In this document: piece by piece, positions 16,280 through 24,238 of the stretch
Numbering within the stretch: position 1 is the first letter of the stretch
Layout of the letters: each line of letters starts with the position of its first letter
Assembly: GCA_903895255.1 (NCBI GenBank)
Contig: CAITTG010000092.1
Span: 64,306 to 128,305, forward strand
DNA length: 64,000 nucleotides
Origin: an uncultured Verrucomicrobia subdivision 3 bacterium
Lineage (GTDB): Bacteria; Verrucomicrobiota; Verrucomicrobiia; Limisphaerales; UBA11358
Direction: 5' to 3'
Translations under genes and position numbers: made by a program
Notes under the pieces: generated by a model
Told to the model about the DNA's origin: nothing
The model's input: only the letters and a program-made list of their open reading frames with translations
The model's database searches: none

Positions 16280-16975
16280 TTACACTGCCGGCGGAATAGT
16301 TTTGGAAGCCATGTAGCGGACCACTGCCTCGGTACGGGAACTGACATGCAGTTTTTCGAAGACATGTTTCAAGTGATGACAAACGGTATCCACGCTGATT
16401 TCCAACCGGTCAGCGATGATTTTATTGGCATAGCCCTTGGAAAGCAGCAGCAAAATCTGTTCCTCCCGCACGGATAAATGGAGCGACTCGTCGCGGGTCC
16501 GGGCCTTCAGGCGGAAGGATTCCACCACGCGCCGGGCAATTTCGCTGGTCATGGGGGCGCCGCCGTTGAGCACATCGAGCAAGGCGGCCCGCAAGTCGGC
16601 CGGCTTGGTGCGTTTCAACAAATAACCATCCGCCCCGGCCTCCAGGGCCATGAAAACCAGTTCCTCATCATTCATGGCAGTCAGAATGATGATCCGTAAT
16701 TTGGGCATCAGGACTTTCAGGCGCGAGACGCATTCGATGCCCGACATGCGCGGCAGGAAAATATCCATCAGCACCACATCGGGCTGGACTTCAGGGATGA
16801 CCCGGATGGCCTCCTCGCCGGTTTTGCAGGTGCAGATGCAGGCGAGATCCGGGAGGGAGTTGATGAGCTGGCTCCAGTCCTCCCGCACCTTGGGCTGGTC
16901 CTCCACGAGGGCGATTTTGAGGGGAGCCAGCGCGGGGGTTTTGACGGGAGCAGGGGCTTTGGTTGGTTTGGTCAT
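16280..16975 (-). CDS. Response regulator, NarL/FixJ family (REC + LuxR-type HTH)
   Basis: REC domain: KIALVEDQP...DVVLMDIFLPRMSGIE...IIILTA. HTH: LSVREEQILLLLSKGYANKIIADRLEISVDTVCHHLKHVFEKLHV. The start lies 1 nt after the kinase stop. Confidence 0.9.
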   Translation of the reverse strand: MTKPTKAPAPVKTPALAPLKIALVEDQPKVREDWSQLINSLPDLACICTCKTGEEAIRVIPEVQPDVVLMDIFLPRMSGIECVSRLKVLMPKLRIIILTAMNDEELVFMALEAGADGYLLKRTKPADLRAALLDVLNGGAPMTSEIARRVVESFRLKARTRDESLHLSVREEQILLLLSKGYANKIIADRLEISVDTVCHHLKHVFEKLHVSSRTEAVVRYMASKTIPPAV

Positions 16976-16976
16976 A

Positions 16977-18557
16977 TTAATGATGGATCGTTTGCGGTGG
17001 CCGGGCGGGAGCCGGCGGGCGGGGCCGGCCCAAGCTCCAGCGGGACCACCAGGAGCGCCGGCGCATTTGGATGACGGGAATGTGAAATTCCACCCGGCAA
17101 CCCTGGCCGGGCTGGCTGGTTACCCGGCAGGTACCGCCCACCTCGGTGAGCCGCTGCGCCATGTTATCCAAGCCATTGCGTTCGCCACGGGTTTGGGTCG
17201 GGTCAAAGCCGCGGCCATTATCCTGCACGGCCACCATCAGACCGAGACCCTGGCGGCGAATCTGGAGCAGCAATTCGGTGGCCCCGGAATGTTTGGCGGC
17301 ATTGTTGATGGCTTCTTTCACCGCCAGCAGCAGGCTGCGCCGAAAGGGCAGATCAAAGGCCACAGCGGACATCGCCGGCTCCACATCCAGGAGACATTGA
17401 ATAGAGGTGGATTTCAAAAAATTTTTGGCATGGCCGCAAACAAAGGTGGCAAACTCGTGCAGGTTGTCCCGCCGGGGATTGATCGCCCAGAGGATTTCAT
17501 CCATCGCCTGCAAGGCCTCGCGCGCATCCTCGGAAATGCGCTCCAACTGCCCGTGCGTGCGGGAACCCACGCGCTGTTCCGTCTGGGCGACCTCGCCCTG
17601 CAAGACCAGTTGGGTGACGCGGGTGCCGAGGTCATCATGAATATCACGAGCGATGCGGGCCCGCTCGCGCTGGAGGAGATCCTGCTCTTTTTGATGGAGC
17701 AAGACCTGGGTGGCGAGGCTGAAGCTGACCAGGCAGACCCCGCCGAAAATTACCAGCAGGAGAATTTCAAACCAGGTTTTCTGCCAAAAGGGGACGATGA
17801 TGGCCTCCAGGGGAGGCACCAGGTCAATATATTCCTGGTTAACCCCCCAGGGTCCTTCCCCGAACTTGGCCATAAAAGTGGCCGGCCGCCAGGAGTCATC
17901 CGGTTCGACGCGTTTTTCCCAACCGACAAGATCGTTAGGCACGATCAGCCAGTTGGTGTCGGATTGGATGGTGATGGCCTGGCCATTCCCCAAGCCCACC
18001 CGCATGCCCAGCACAAAACCGGCCTCACGTGAACTGTTATAGGCCTCCACCGCCAGCACATGGCGGCCCGGGGCCAGCAACGCCGTGATGTCATATTCAT
18101 ACAAGTGACGCCATTCCGCATCCCGCCCCAGTTCGCGGCCATCGAGGTAAAGAATATATTCATTGTCTGCCGTAATGCGCAGGCGCGAGCGCAGCACGGC
18201 GGAACCCTCCGGAATTTCAAAAGATTTCCAGAACCGCACAGTTTGCCGGTCAAACGTGTTGGTGTCCCAAATCCACGGCCCCATGTCGCTGAAGTTGTAC
18301 GAACCCCGTTCCCCCAGCGAATCCTTGGCTGCCTCCGCCGGATCATCCACCGCCGCACCATTCGTGAGACTGGACGGCGAGTTCGTGAGGCTTGGGAGCG
18401 GGCCGGTGGCATCCGTGATGGCCCCCCAAACTGAACCGGGCAGCAGGAGCGCAATTAACAAACCCATAACCAGCCCCACGAAGGAGGGCGGGACACGGAC
18501 CCGCCGGTCGGGCCACCATGGGCACGTGTTCGGCCTCGTCTGCAGCACACCTAGCAT
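16977..18557 (-). CDS. Sensor histidine kinase (HisKA_3 + HATPase_c) with a periplasmic CBM-like beta-sandwich sensor domain
   Basis: H-box RERARIARDIHDDLGTRVTQL, N-box EAINNAAKHSGA, G-boxes DNGRGFD and GLDNMAQRL..GG. Two TM segments (FVGLVMGLLIALLLPG and WFEILLLVIFGGVCLVSFSL) flank aa 100-247 (nt 17844..18287), which align to the GH78 inserts. The ORF track start at 18584 is GTG. The ATG at 18557 is preferred and 18467 is also possible. Confidence 0.85.
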   Translation of the reverse strand: MLGVLQTRPNTCPWWPDRRVRVPPSFVGLVMGLLIALLLPGSVWGAITDATGPLPSLTNSPSSLTNGAAVDDPAEAAKDSLGERGSYNFSDMGPWIWDTNTFDRQTVRFWKSFEIPEGSAVLRSRLRITADNEYILYLDGRELGRDAEWRHLYEYDITALLAPGRHVLAVEAYNSSREAGFVLGMRVGLGNGQAITIQSDTNWLIVPNDLVGWEKRVEPDDSWRPATFMAKFGEGPWGVNQEYIDLVPPLEAIIVPFWQKTWFEILLLVIFGGVCLVSFSLATQVLLHQKEQDLLQRERARIARDIHDDLGTRVTQLVLQGEVAQTEQRVGSRTHGQLERISEDAREALQAMDEILWAINPRRDNLHEFATFVCGHAKNFLKSTSIQCLLDVEPAMSAVAFDLPFRRSLLLAVKEAINNAAKHSGATELLLQIRRQGLGLMVAVQDNGRGFDPTQTRGERNGLDNMAQRLTEVGGTCRVTSQPGQGCRVEFHIPVIQMRRRSWWSRWSLGRPRPPAPARPPQTIHH

Positions 18558-18624
18558 CGGCTCCAAATTTAAGCTGATTCGCACGCGGTCTCAAGCGACA
18601 AGCAACCGGACGGACTCACGGCGG

Positions 18625-18657
18625 CAATAAAAAAAGGCCCGGACACGAGGTCCGGGC
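18625..18657 (-). terminator. Rho-independent terminator of the PEP-CTERM lectin gene
   Basis: Minus strand reads GGCCCGGAC-ctcgt-GTCCGGGCC followed by TTTTTTTATT, 26 nt after the stop codon. Confidence 0.85.
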
Positions 18658-18682
18658 CGGTGAAGTGAAAGGGCGACATCTA

Positions 18683-19474
18683 TCAGGCTTGGACGCGACG
18701 AATGCGGCGGAAGGCCAGCAAGGCGCCGCAACCGCCAGCCAGCAGCGCCCAAGTGGTGGGTTCGGGCACCGGGGTCACATATGAGGCGGTGAAAGCCGCC
18801 TCCACCGAACTGATTTGCGTCGGAGTCAGCACGCCAGTGTAAATGTCAATTTCAGCGACATCGCCAGCAAAACCGTCACCGCCGCCTTCATTGTTCCCAA
18901 TGCGGGTTATGGGTGAGGCAAACGTCGCGCCGGCGACCGTCCCGTCCGAGGAGCCATTAAGTTTAAACGAGGCGCCCGAAGAATTAACAGCGAGATCAAT
19001 CAAACTGAAACTAGTCGTGGGAATGACCGCATTACCATGACCAACATCGGCCGTATACTCGGTCAAATAATCCTGGTGGGTGTTATAAATGTCATATTCC
19101 AAAGCGTTCTTGGTGGAACCGCCGGTGAGGGCGTTGCGGGGGATGCCAGTGGTGGGCTGAACAAATGCAAACACCGTGTAGCCGGCGGTATAATCAATGG
19201 AGGAGGCGAGGAGCAGGGAGCCACCTGAGCCCGAGGCCGGCTGGGTCAAGCTCAGCGCCGCCGAACCGTTCGGCGTGGCACCGGCCGCCACGGTGGGCGC
19301 ATAAAGCGCGGGACCGGAATAGGTGGCGTTGTCACTGTTCCCGCTGGTATCAGTCCACACGCCCGTGGTGGGATTGAAATTGGAGGCTTTTAATTGCACG
19401 GCCAGTGTTTGCGCGCTAGCGGAAAGGCCGCCAGCGAGCGCGCAAACAGCGATTGCGACAGGAAGTTGCTTCAT
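18683..19474 (-). CDS. PEP-CTERM-anchored LamG/concanavalin-like lectin-fold protein
   Basis: Signal peptide MKQLPVAIAVCALAGGLSASAQ. C-terminal PEP-CTERM sorting signal VPEPTTWALLAGGCGALLAFRRIRR (nt 18686..18769). Confidence 0.85.
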   Translation of the reverse strand: MKQLPVAIAVCALAGGLSASAQTLAVQLKASNFNPTTGVWTDTSGNSDNATYSGPALYAPTVAAGATPNGSAALSLTQPASGSGGSLLLASSIDYTAGYTVFAFVQPTTGIPRNALTGGSTKNALEYDIYNTHQDYLTEYTADVGHGNAVIPTTSFSLIDLAVNSSGASFKLNGSSDGTVAGATFASPITRIGNNEGGGDGFAGDVAEIDIYTGVLTPTQISSVEAAFTASYVTPVPEPTTWALLAGGCGALLAFRRIRRVQA

Positions 19475-19563
19475 AATTTTTGGTTGCTGGCGCGTTTTGG
19501 CGCCCGATTGGTTTATTTTTATATTACTGGAGACGGAGATAGTGTGATTAAAATCTCAAACTC

Positions 19564-19613
19564 CGTAAATCGCCGGATAATGTAGCCCCGGCATCCCCGA
19601 AATAGGGGATGGT
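19564..19613 (-). promoter_or_regulatory. Conserved intergenic motif, copy B: CGTAAAT-N11-GTAGCCC-N3-CATCCCC-gaaata-GGGGATG-GT
   Basis: 7-bp perfect hairpin or inverted repeat at 19592..19611. It lies 90-139 nt upstream of the PEP-CTERM gene ATG (19474) and ends 6 nt from the GH78b stop codon. Confidence 0.55.
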
Positions 19614-19618
19614 CCGAA

Positions 19619-22600
19619 TCAAGGATAAATGAGCCGGTAAAAGACGCTGCCACCGGCCAGGGTTATTGGGGAAACATATTGATTGGTCAGATTGGTTCCC
19701 GGCAGGGTAAGCCAATTGGTACCAAGTCCCTGATTCAACGGATTGGTCTGCATCTGGAGGCTCCAGCCCGCATGGTCAGGGGGCCAGCTCATTTGAATCT
19801 CGCCGTTCACCACCGCGCAGCCGAGTTTGGGCGGCACCAAGGAGGGAGCCAGGGCGAGTTGCACATTGTCGAGGAACACGGTGTTATCGCCGCCGTTGGC
19901 ATCAGTGCCCATAAACGCCAGCGTTTGGGTGCCGGCGACCGCAGTAAAGGTGGCGGCATAAGTGGCATAGCTCTGGGCTGATTGCGGCGGGGCGTAGGCG
20001 CCGATGGTGGCGCCGCCCACCTGTAATTTCCACGTCTGGCCGGTCTGCGCCCCGTAAATATTATTGCGCTGGGCGGCGGCAAAGGTGAGCTTGTAATTCG
20101 CCCCGGCAAGCAACCCTGTCAGCGTTTGGGAAATGGCGCCGGTGCCCTGCAAAAACGCCACTTGCAGTCCTTGCGGTGCGGTGGTATTGCCAATGGTGAA
20201 CGCACTGCCGTTGGCGCTAATCCCCGAACCGCTCGTCCCGGACAGGGCGCTGAAAGTCCAGGAACCGCCGGCGGGAGCATAGGCATAGGTGCTGAGGCTC
20301 GGAGTTTCGAAGCCAAAATTCGGAATGGCCGCGGATGCCGGACTCATGGGCGTGGCGCTGACCTCGGTCGAATTGGCGCTCTCGTTGGTTCCCGCCAGGT
20401 CGGAAACCACATAATAATAGGGCAGGTTGTTGGTCAGGCCGGCATCCGTGTAATTGGTGCCGCTCACCGTGCCGGCAATGGCGTAACCGCTGCCAGGAGT
20501 CAGGGAGCGTTTGACGTGGTATCCAGAAGCATTCGTCACGGCATTCCAGCTCAGGGTCACCTGACTGTTCCCGGCCGCGGCGGCCAGTCCGGTGGGGGCG
20601 GGAAACACGTTCCAGGCAAATTGGTAAACGCCGGAGGCCACGGTCCAAACAAGACATGTCTGTGGGCCCGCACCTGACACTTGGGCAAAGGTTACACCCG
20701 GGGAATTGCTGTTCGGCGTGCCTTGCTGCCACAAGTTCACCCCACTCTCGCTCACCAGCAGGTTGGTGGTCAGGCTGCCAAGGATGGGCAGATAAATGGA
20801 ACCCGTCGCGCCGATCGGAATGGTGACTTTCAAGGTGGCTTGATTATTCGTCAATGTCCACGCGCTGGCAATCAGCCCGCGCCCGGAATTATAGCTGGCC
20901 GTGACCCAGGCCAGCCCGCCGACCAAAGCGGGTTTGATAATCACATGCTGGAAACCCGGCAGCGCCGGGTCCCATTGGATGCCCGCCAAGTCATGATAAA
21001 ACCATTCCGTAATGTGACCGAGCATGAAGTGATCCTGAGAATCACTCGGGTTGGCATCCCAGGCCTCCGTCAGGGCCGTGGCTCGCTGGCTGAGGATGTA
21101 ACCGTAACCTGGATCGTTGGTCCCACTGTGCAACTTGTAAACGACGTCGGGACGGCCCAGGTCGGTGAGCGCGCGCAGGAGGTAGCGGTGGCCAATTTCA
21201 CCGGCGGTGAGGCCTTTGGTATTGAGGTTCGCAATGAGTTCCGTGGTTACCGATGCCACATTGGTGGGATTGACGATGCCAAGGTACAAGGGCATCGCCT
21301 GAGATGTTTGGGACCCGGTGGAATAATAGCCGTTGGCGGCGGAGTAATAGGTGGTGTTGAAGGCCGCGCCGATGTTGGTGGCGAGCAGTGCGAACCTCGC
21401 CGCGTCAGTGACATAGCCCTGCTCGGCGGCGACCCGGGCCAGAATTTGCGCGTCCTGGCAATAATAAGCATCGGCGGTCAGGGAGACGGGGGTGTTTTGC
21501 GGGTAGCCCGGAGCATTGGGTCCAATATCATACCAGTCCCCCAGACCATTCGGATAATTCAGGAAATTATTAACGGCCTGATTCTGGAGGTAGCCGAAAT
21601 AGTTGGTCATCACGCCGTAATACGTGTGCAGCAACGTGTCATCCCCCGTAAACAGATAATGCTGCCAGGGGACGAGAATCACCGAGCTGCCCCATTCGGG
21701 CGAGTCCCGGTAACCGCCGCTGAAGACAGTGAATTCGGGGGCAATGCTGGGCACCAGGCCGGTGCCGGCCGAGGTCTGGCTGTCGGCCATGTCCTGCACG
21801 GCCTTGGCAAACAGCAAGCCCAGGTCAAACTCATATTGAAGGGATGGGCCGTTCAGGTTGTCCTGTTCCAGCCAGCCCAGCCGCTCGCGGTGCGGGCAGT
21901 CGGTAAGGATGCTGATCAAATTGTTACGCTGCGCCCAGCGGATAAGGTTGCGGGTGTTGTTGAAGAGGGTGCTGGAGCAGGCGAAATTACCCACGTTGGT
22001 GGCGGCACTCTGAATCACCGTGGCAGTGAGGGCATCAATGGCGGGGAGTTGGGTGGAGCCCGGCGCGGGACTTAAGGAAACTTGAAGATAACGGCAACCG
22101 TGGTAGAAAAAGCGGGGAGTCCAGGTTTCCTCGCCCGTGCCCGCCAGCGTGTACTGCCACCAGGCGGTGCCGCCCCCGGCGGAGGCGCGGTTGACCGTGC
22201 CGTCCGAATTGATCAGTTCCGCGGGGGTGATTTGCACCTGGGAGCCGGCCGGGCCATGGGTGGTGAGGGTGGGAATAAGGGCGGCATTCTGGCCCAGATC
22301 ATAGACAACAGTGCTGGTGGAGAGGGTGTTGGTTTGGATGGGCACCAGTGTTTGGGTGGCGATAATGGGCGGGGCCGCGTGGGATTGGCCGCGCAGAACG
22401 CCACCCGGACCGGTGGTGACCACCGGAACCGACCAGCCGGCGAGGTTGAATCCCGCCTGATTCCAGCCAGCGGCCAGCAATCGCGCATCATACGCTTCGC
22501 CGCCATAGACATGGGAGTAGGTGATGGGACCGGCGGTCGTCTGCCAGGTGGTGTCACTCGGGATGATCTGGGTGGTGCCATTGGTATAGTAAAGCTGAAT

Positions 22601-23872
22601 CTGGGCAATCACCTTGGGCGGACCGAACGAGCCGGTGAATTTGTTGTAATTGGTGGTGGCCTGGACATTATACATGCCGTTGCCCAGCATGACCCCGACG
22701 GCATTGTTACCATTGGTTAGATACGCGGTGAGGTCCAGGGCATCGTAAATGCAGGTCTGGTCGTATTTGCTCCAGTTGGGTGCCAGCAGGGAGTTGCCCA
22801 CTTTCAGCCCGTTGGCGGACAACTCATACTGGCCCAAACCGCAGACATAGGCCACGGCCCGCTGCAACCCAGAGCCAACCGTGAATTCGCGCCGAAAAAT
22901 TGGCAGCGCGGCGGCGACGGTTGTACCCGTCCCCCAGGGACTGATGCCATAGGTGCCCAGCACCAAGGCGCTCACCCACGCGCTGTCGTTGAAACCCGGC
23001 AAATTCCAGCCGGTTTGCAACGTTTTGGCGGCCTTCCAAGAGCCATCCATTTGAATATTGGTTTGGGAGCCATCAGCATAATTAAGGACGAGCATGCCGA
23101 GCAAGCCGGCGGGATTGGCCGCCGTGCCGGTATTGGCGGCCGAGATGGCCAGCACGTTGGCGCCGGGCACCAGTTGGGCGGTCACGCCCACTGGAGTCAC
23201 CGTGGTGTAATCCTGGCCCGAGCCAACGTTGGTGCCATTGACATAGGCGGTAAAAGCATTATCGGCCGTCACCAGCAGCGTGGCGGAGGTCAAGGCGGAA
23301 TCCGTGCGCACGGCGAAGCTCTTGCGGAAGTACCGGGTGGCGATGGGGGCGGACACGGCCGGATTGCCTTCCGGATACCAAATCCAGGAACAACTGGCGA
23401 GGCTGTAGCCGCCGGCCGCCGCCAGCCAACCTCCCTGCCAGTCGGTGGCCTTGAGCAAACCCATGGTCCAGGCCGACACCGGACTCCAAGCCGACACCAC
23501 CCCGTTCACATCCCACAGCCGGACCTGCCAGAACACCTGCTGCCCCGAGGCCAGGGCACTGCCACCATAGGGCACGCTAAATGGCTGCGGCGACACGACC
23601 TTCCCGCTGTCCCACAAATCTGGTTGATTACCGGCCAATAGCGCGGCGGAGGAGGCGGCTTGAATTTGCCAGGCGGTCTCGCTTTGCGCCCGTTCCCCGG
23701 GCACGGTATCCACCACCTGCCAGCTCAAGCGCGGGGTGAGGTTATCAATGCCCAGGGGTATCGACCAGCCATCGCATTTCAGATTGGCTGGCGCGATGCC
23801 CGCGCGCACATTCACCGCGCCCAACAATATGAGCACGCTGGCAACCCGCGCAGCCCAATTAAACAAGTTCAT
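19619..23872 (-). CDS. Alpha-L-rhamnosidase-like GH78 with a CBM-like insert, Fn3, a DUF642-like galactose-binding-like module and a C-terminal FYR-tail domain
   Basis: Motifs seen: LKCDGWSIPLGIDNLTPRLSWQV, AVAYVCGLGQYELSANGLKVGNSLLAPNWSKYDQTCIYDALDLT and DCPHRERLGWLEQDN. Fn3: VTLSWNAVTNASGYHVKRS...YYYVV. C-terminus: ...SWPPDHAGWSLQMQTNPLNQGLGTNWLTLPG...VFYRLIYP. The ORF track start at 23896 is TTG. The ATG at 23872 gives signal peptide MNLFNWAARVASVLILLGAVNVRAG. Confidence 0.85.
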   Translation of the reverse strand: MNLFNWAARVASVLILLGAVNVRAGIAPANLKCDGWSIPLGIDNLTPRLSWQVVDTVPGERAQSETAWQIQAASSAALLAGNQPDLWDSGKVVSPQPFSVPYGGSALASGQQVFWQVRLWDVNGVVSAWSPVSAWTMGLLKATDWQGGWLAAAGGYSLASCSWIWYPEGNPAVSAPIATRYFRKSFAVRTDSALTSATLLVTADNAFTAYVNGTNVGSGQDYTTVTPVGVTAQLVPGANVLAISAANTGTAANPAGLLGMLVLNYADGSQTNIQMDGSWKAAKTLQTGWNLPGFNDSAWVSALVLGTYGISPWGTGTTVAAALPIFRREFTVGSGLQRAVAYVCGLGQYELSANGLKVGNSLLAPNWSKYDQTCIYDALDLTAYLTNGNNAVGVMLGNGMYNVQATTNYNKFTGSFGPPKVIAQIQLYYTNGTTQIIPSDTTWQTTAGPITYSHVYGGEAYDARLLAAGWNQAGFNLAGWSVPVVTTGPGGVLRGQSHAAPPIIATQTLVPIQTNTLSTSTVVYDLGQNAALIPTLTTHGPAGSQVQITPAELINSDGTVNRASAGGGTAWWQYTLAGTGEETWTPRFFYHGCRYLQVSLSPAPGSTQLPAIDALTATVIQSAATNVGNFACSSTLFNNTRNLIRWAQRNNLISILTDCPHRERLGWLEQDNLNGPSLQYEFDLGLLFAKAVQDMADSQTSAGTGLVPSIAPEFTVFSGGYRDSPEWGSSVILVPWQHYLFTGDDTLLHTYYGVMTNYFGYLQNQAVNNFLNYPNGLGDWYDIGPNAPGYPQNTPVSLTADAYYCQDAQILARVAAEQGYVTDAARFALLATNIGAAFNTTYYSAANGYYSTGSQTSQAMPLYLGIVNPTNVASVTTELIANLNTKGLTAGEIGHRYLLRALTDLGRPDVVYKLHSGTNDPGYGYILSQRATALTEAWDANPSDSQDHFMLGHITEWFYHDLAGIQWDPALPGFQHVIIKPALVGGLAWVTASYNSGRGLIASAWTLTNNQATLKVTIPIGATGSIYLPILGSLTTNLLVSESGVNLWQQGTPNSNSPGVTFAQVSGAGPQTCLVWTVASGVYQFAWNVFPAPTGLAAAAGNSQVTLSWNAVTNASGYHVKRSLTPGSGYAIAGTVSGTNYTDAGLTNNLPYYYVVSDLAGTNESANSTEVSATPMSPASAAIPNFGFETPSLSTYAYAPAGGSWTFSALSGTSGSGISANGSAFTIGNTTAPQGLQVAFLQGTGAISQTLTGLLAGANYKLTFAAAQRNNIYGAQTGQTWKLQVGGATIGAYAPPQSAQSYATYAATFTAVAGTQTLAFMGTDANGGDNTVFLDNVQLALAPSLVPPKLGCAVVNGEIQMSWPPDHAGWSLQMQTNPLNQGLGTNWLTLPGTNLTNQYVSPITLAGGSVFYRLIYP

Positions 23873-24057
23873 AAAAATTAAGTGCGCGACAGCCAAAGCA
23901 CGCGATTTTCCGCCCGTTTATTTCCCGACCAGGATCCCACGGGCATGGCCCACCATTGGCACAAACACGGGTCGCGCGATGAAATAAAAATGACGCCACT
24001 TTTGATTCAAGATTAATAATACTTCAGCGAAGCGGGCGACACCACACCCCTAAAGAT

Positions 24058-24089
24058 GTAGCCTGGGCATCACCAAAACAGGGGAGTCA
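24058..24089 (-). promoter_or_regulatory. Degenerate third copy of the GTAGCC...hairpin motif (GTAGCCTGGGCATCACCAAAACAGGGGAGTCA)
   Basis: Aligns with copies A and B, but the stem is degraded (4 of 7 pairs) and the CGTAAAT box is missing. It lies about 190-220 nt upstream of the GH78b start. Confidence 0.3.
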
Positions 24090-24238
24090 ATGGATTAACT
24101 GGCGAGCCAGCCGATGGGGGTGTTGCGCTGAAAGGCTGGCGGCTTGGCGCCTTCGGGAAGGAACGGTGAACCGACCGAAACAGACGAGCCAAGGTGATGG
24201 CAGGCGGGATTGCACAACCGGACCAAGCTTGGGCACGG

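Noticed and set aside
16650-18032. 460-aa plus-strand ORF that overlaps the response regulator and the histidine kinase
   Set aside because: Antisense to two genes with textbook REC/HTH and HisKA_3/HATPase motifs. It has no motifs of its own.
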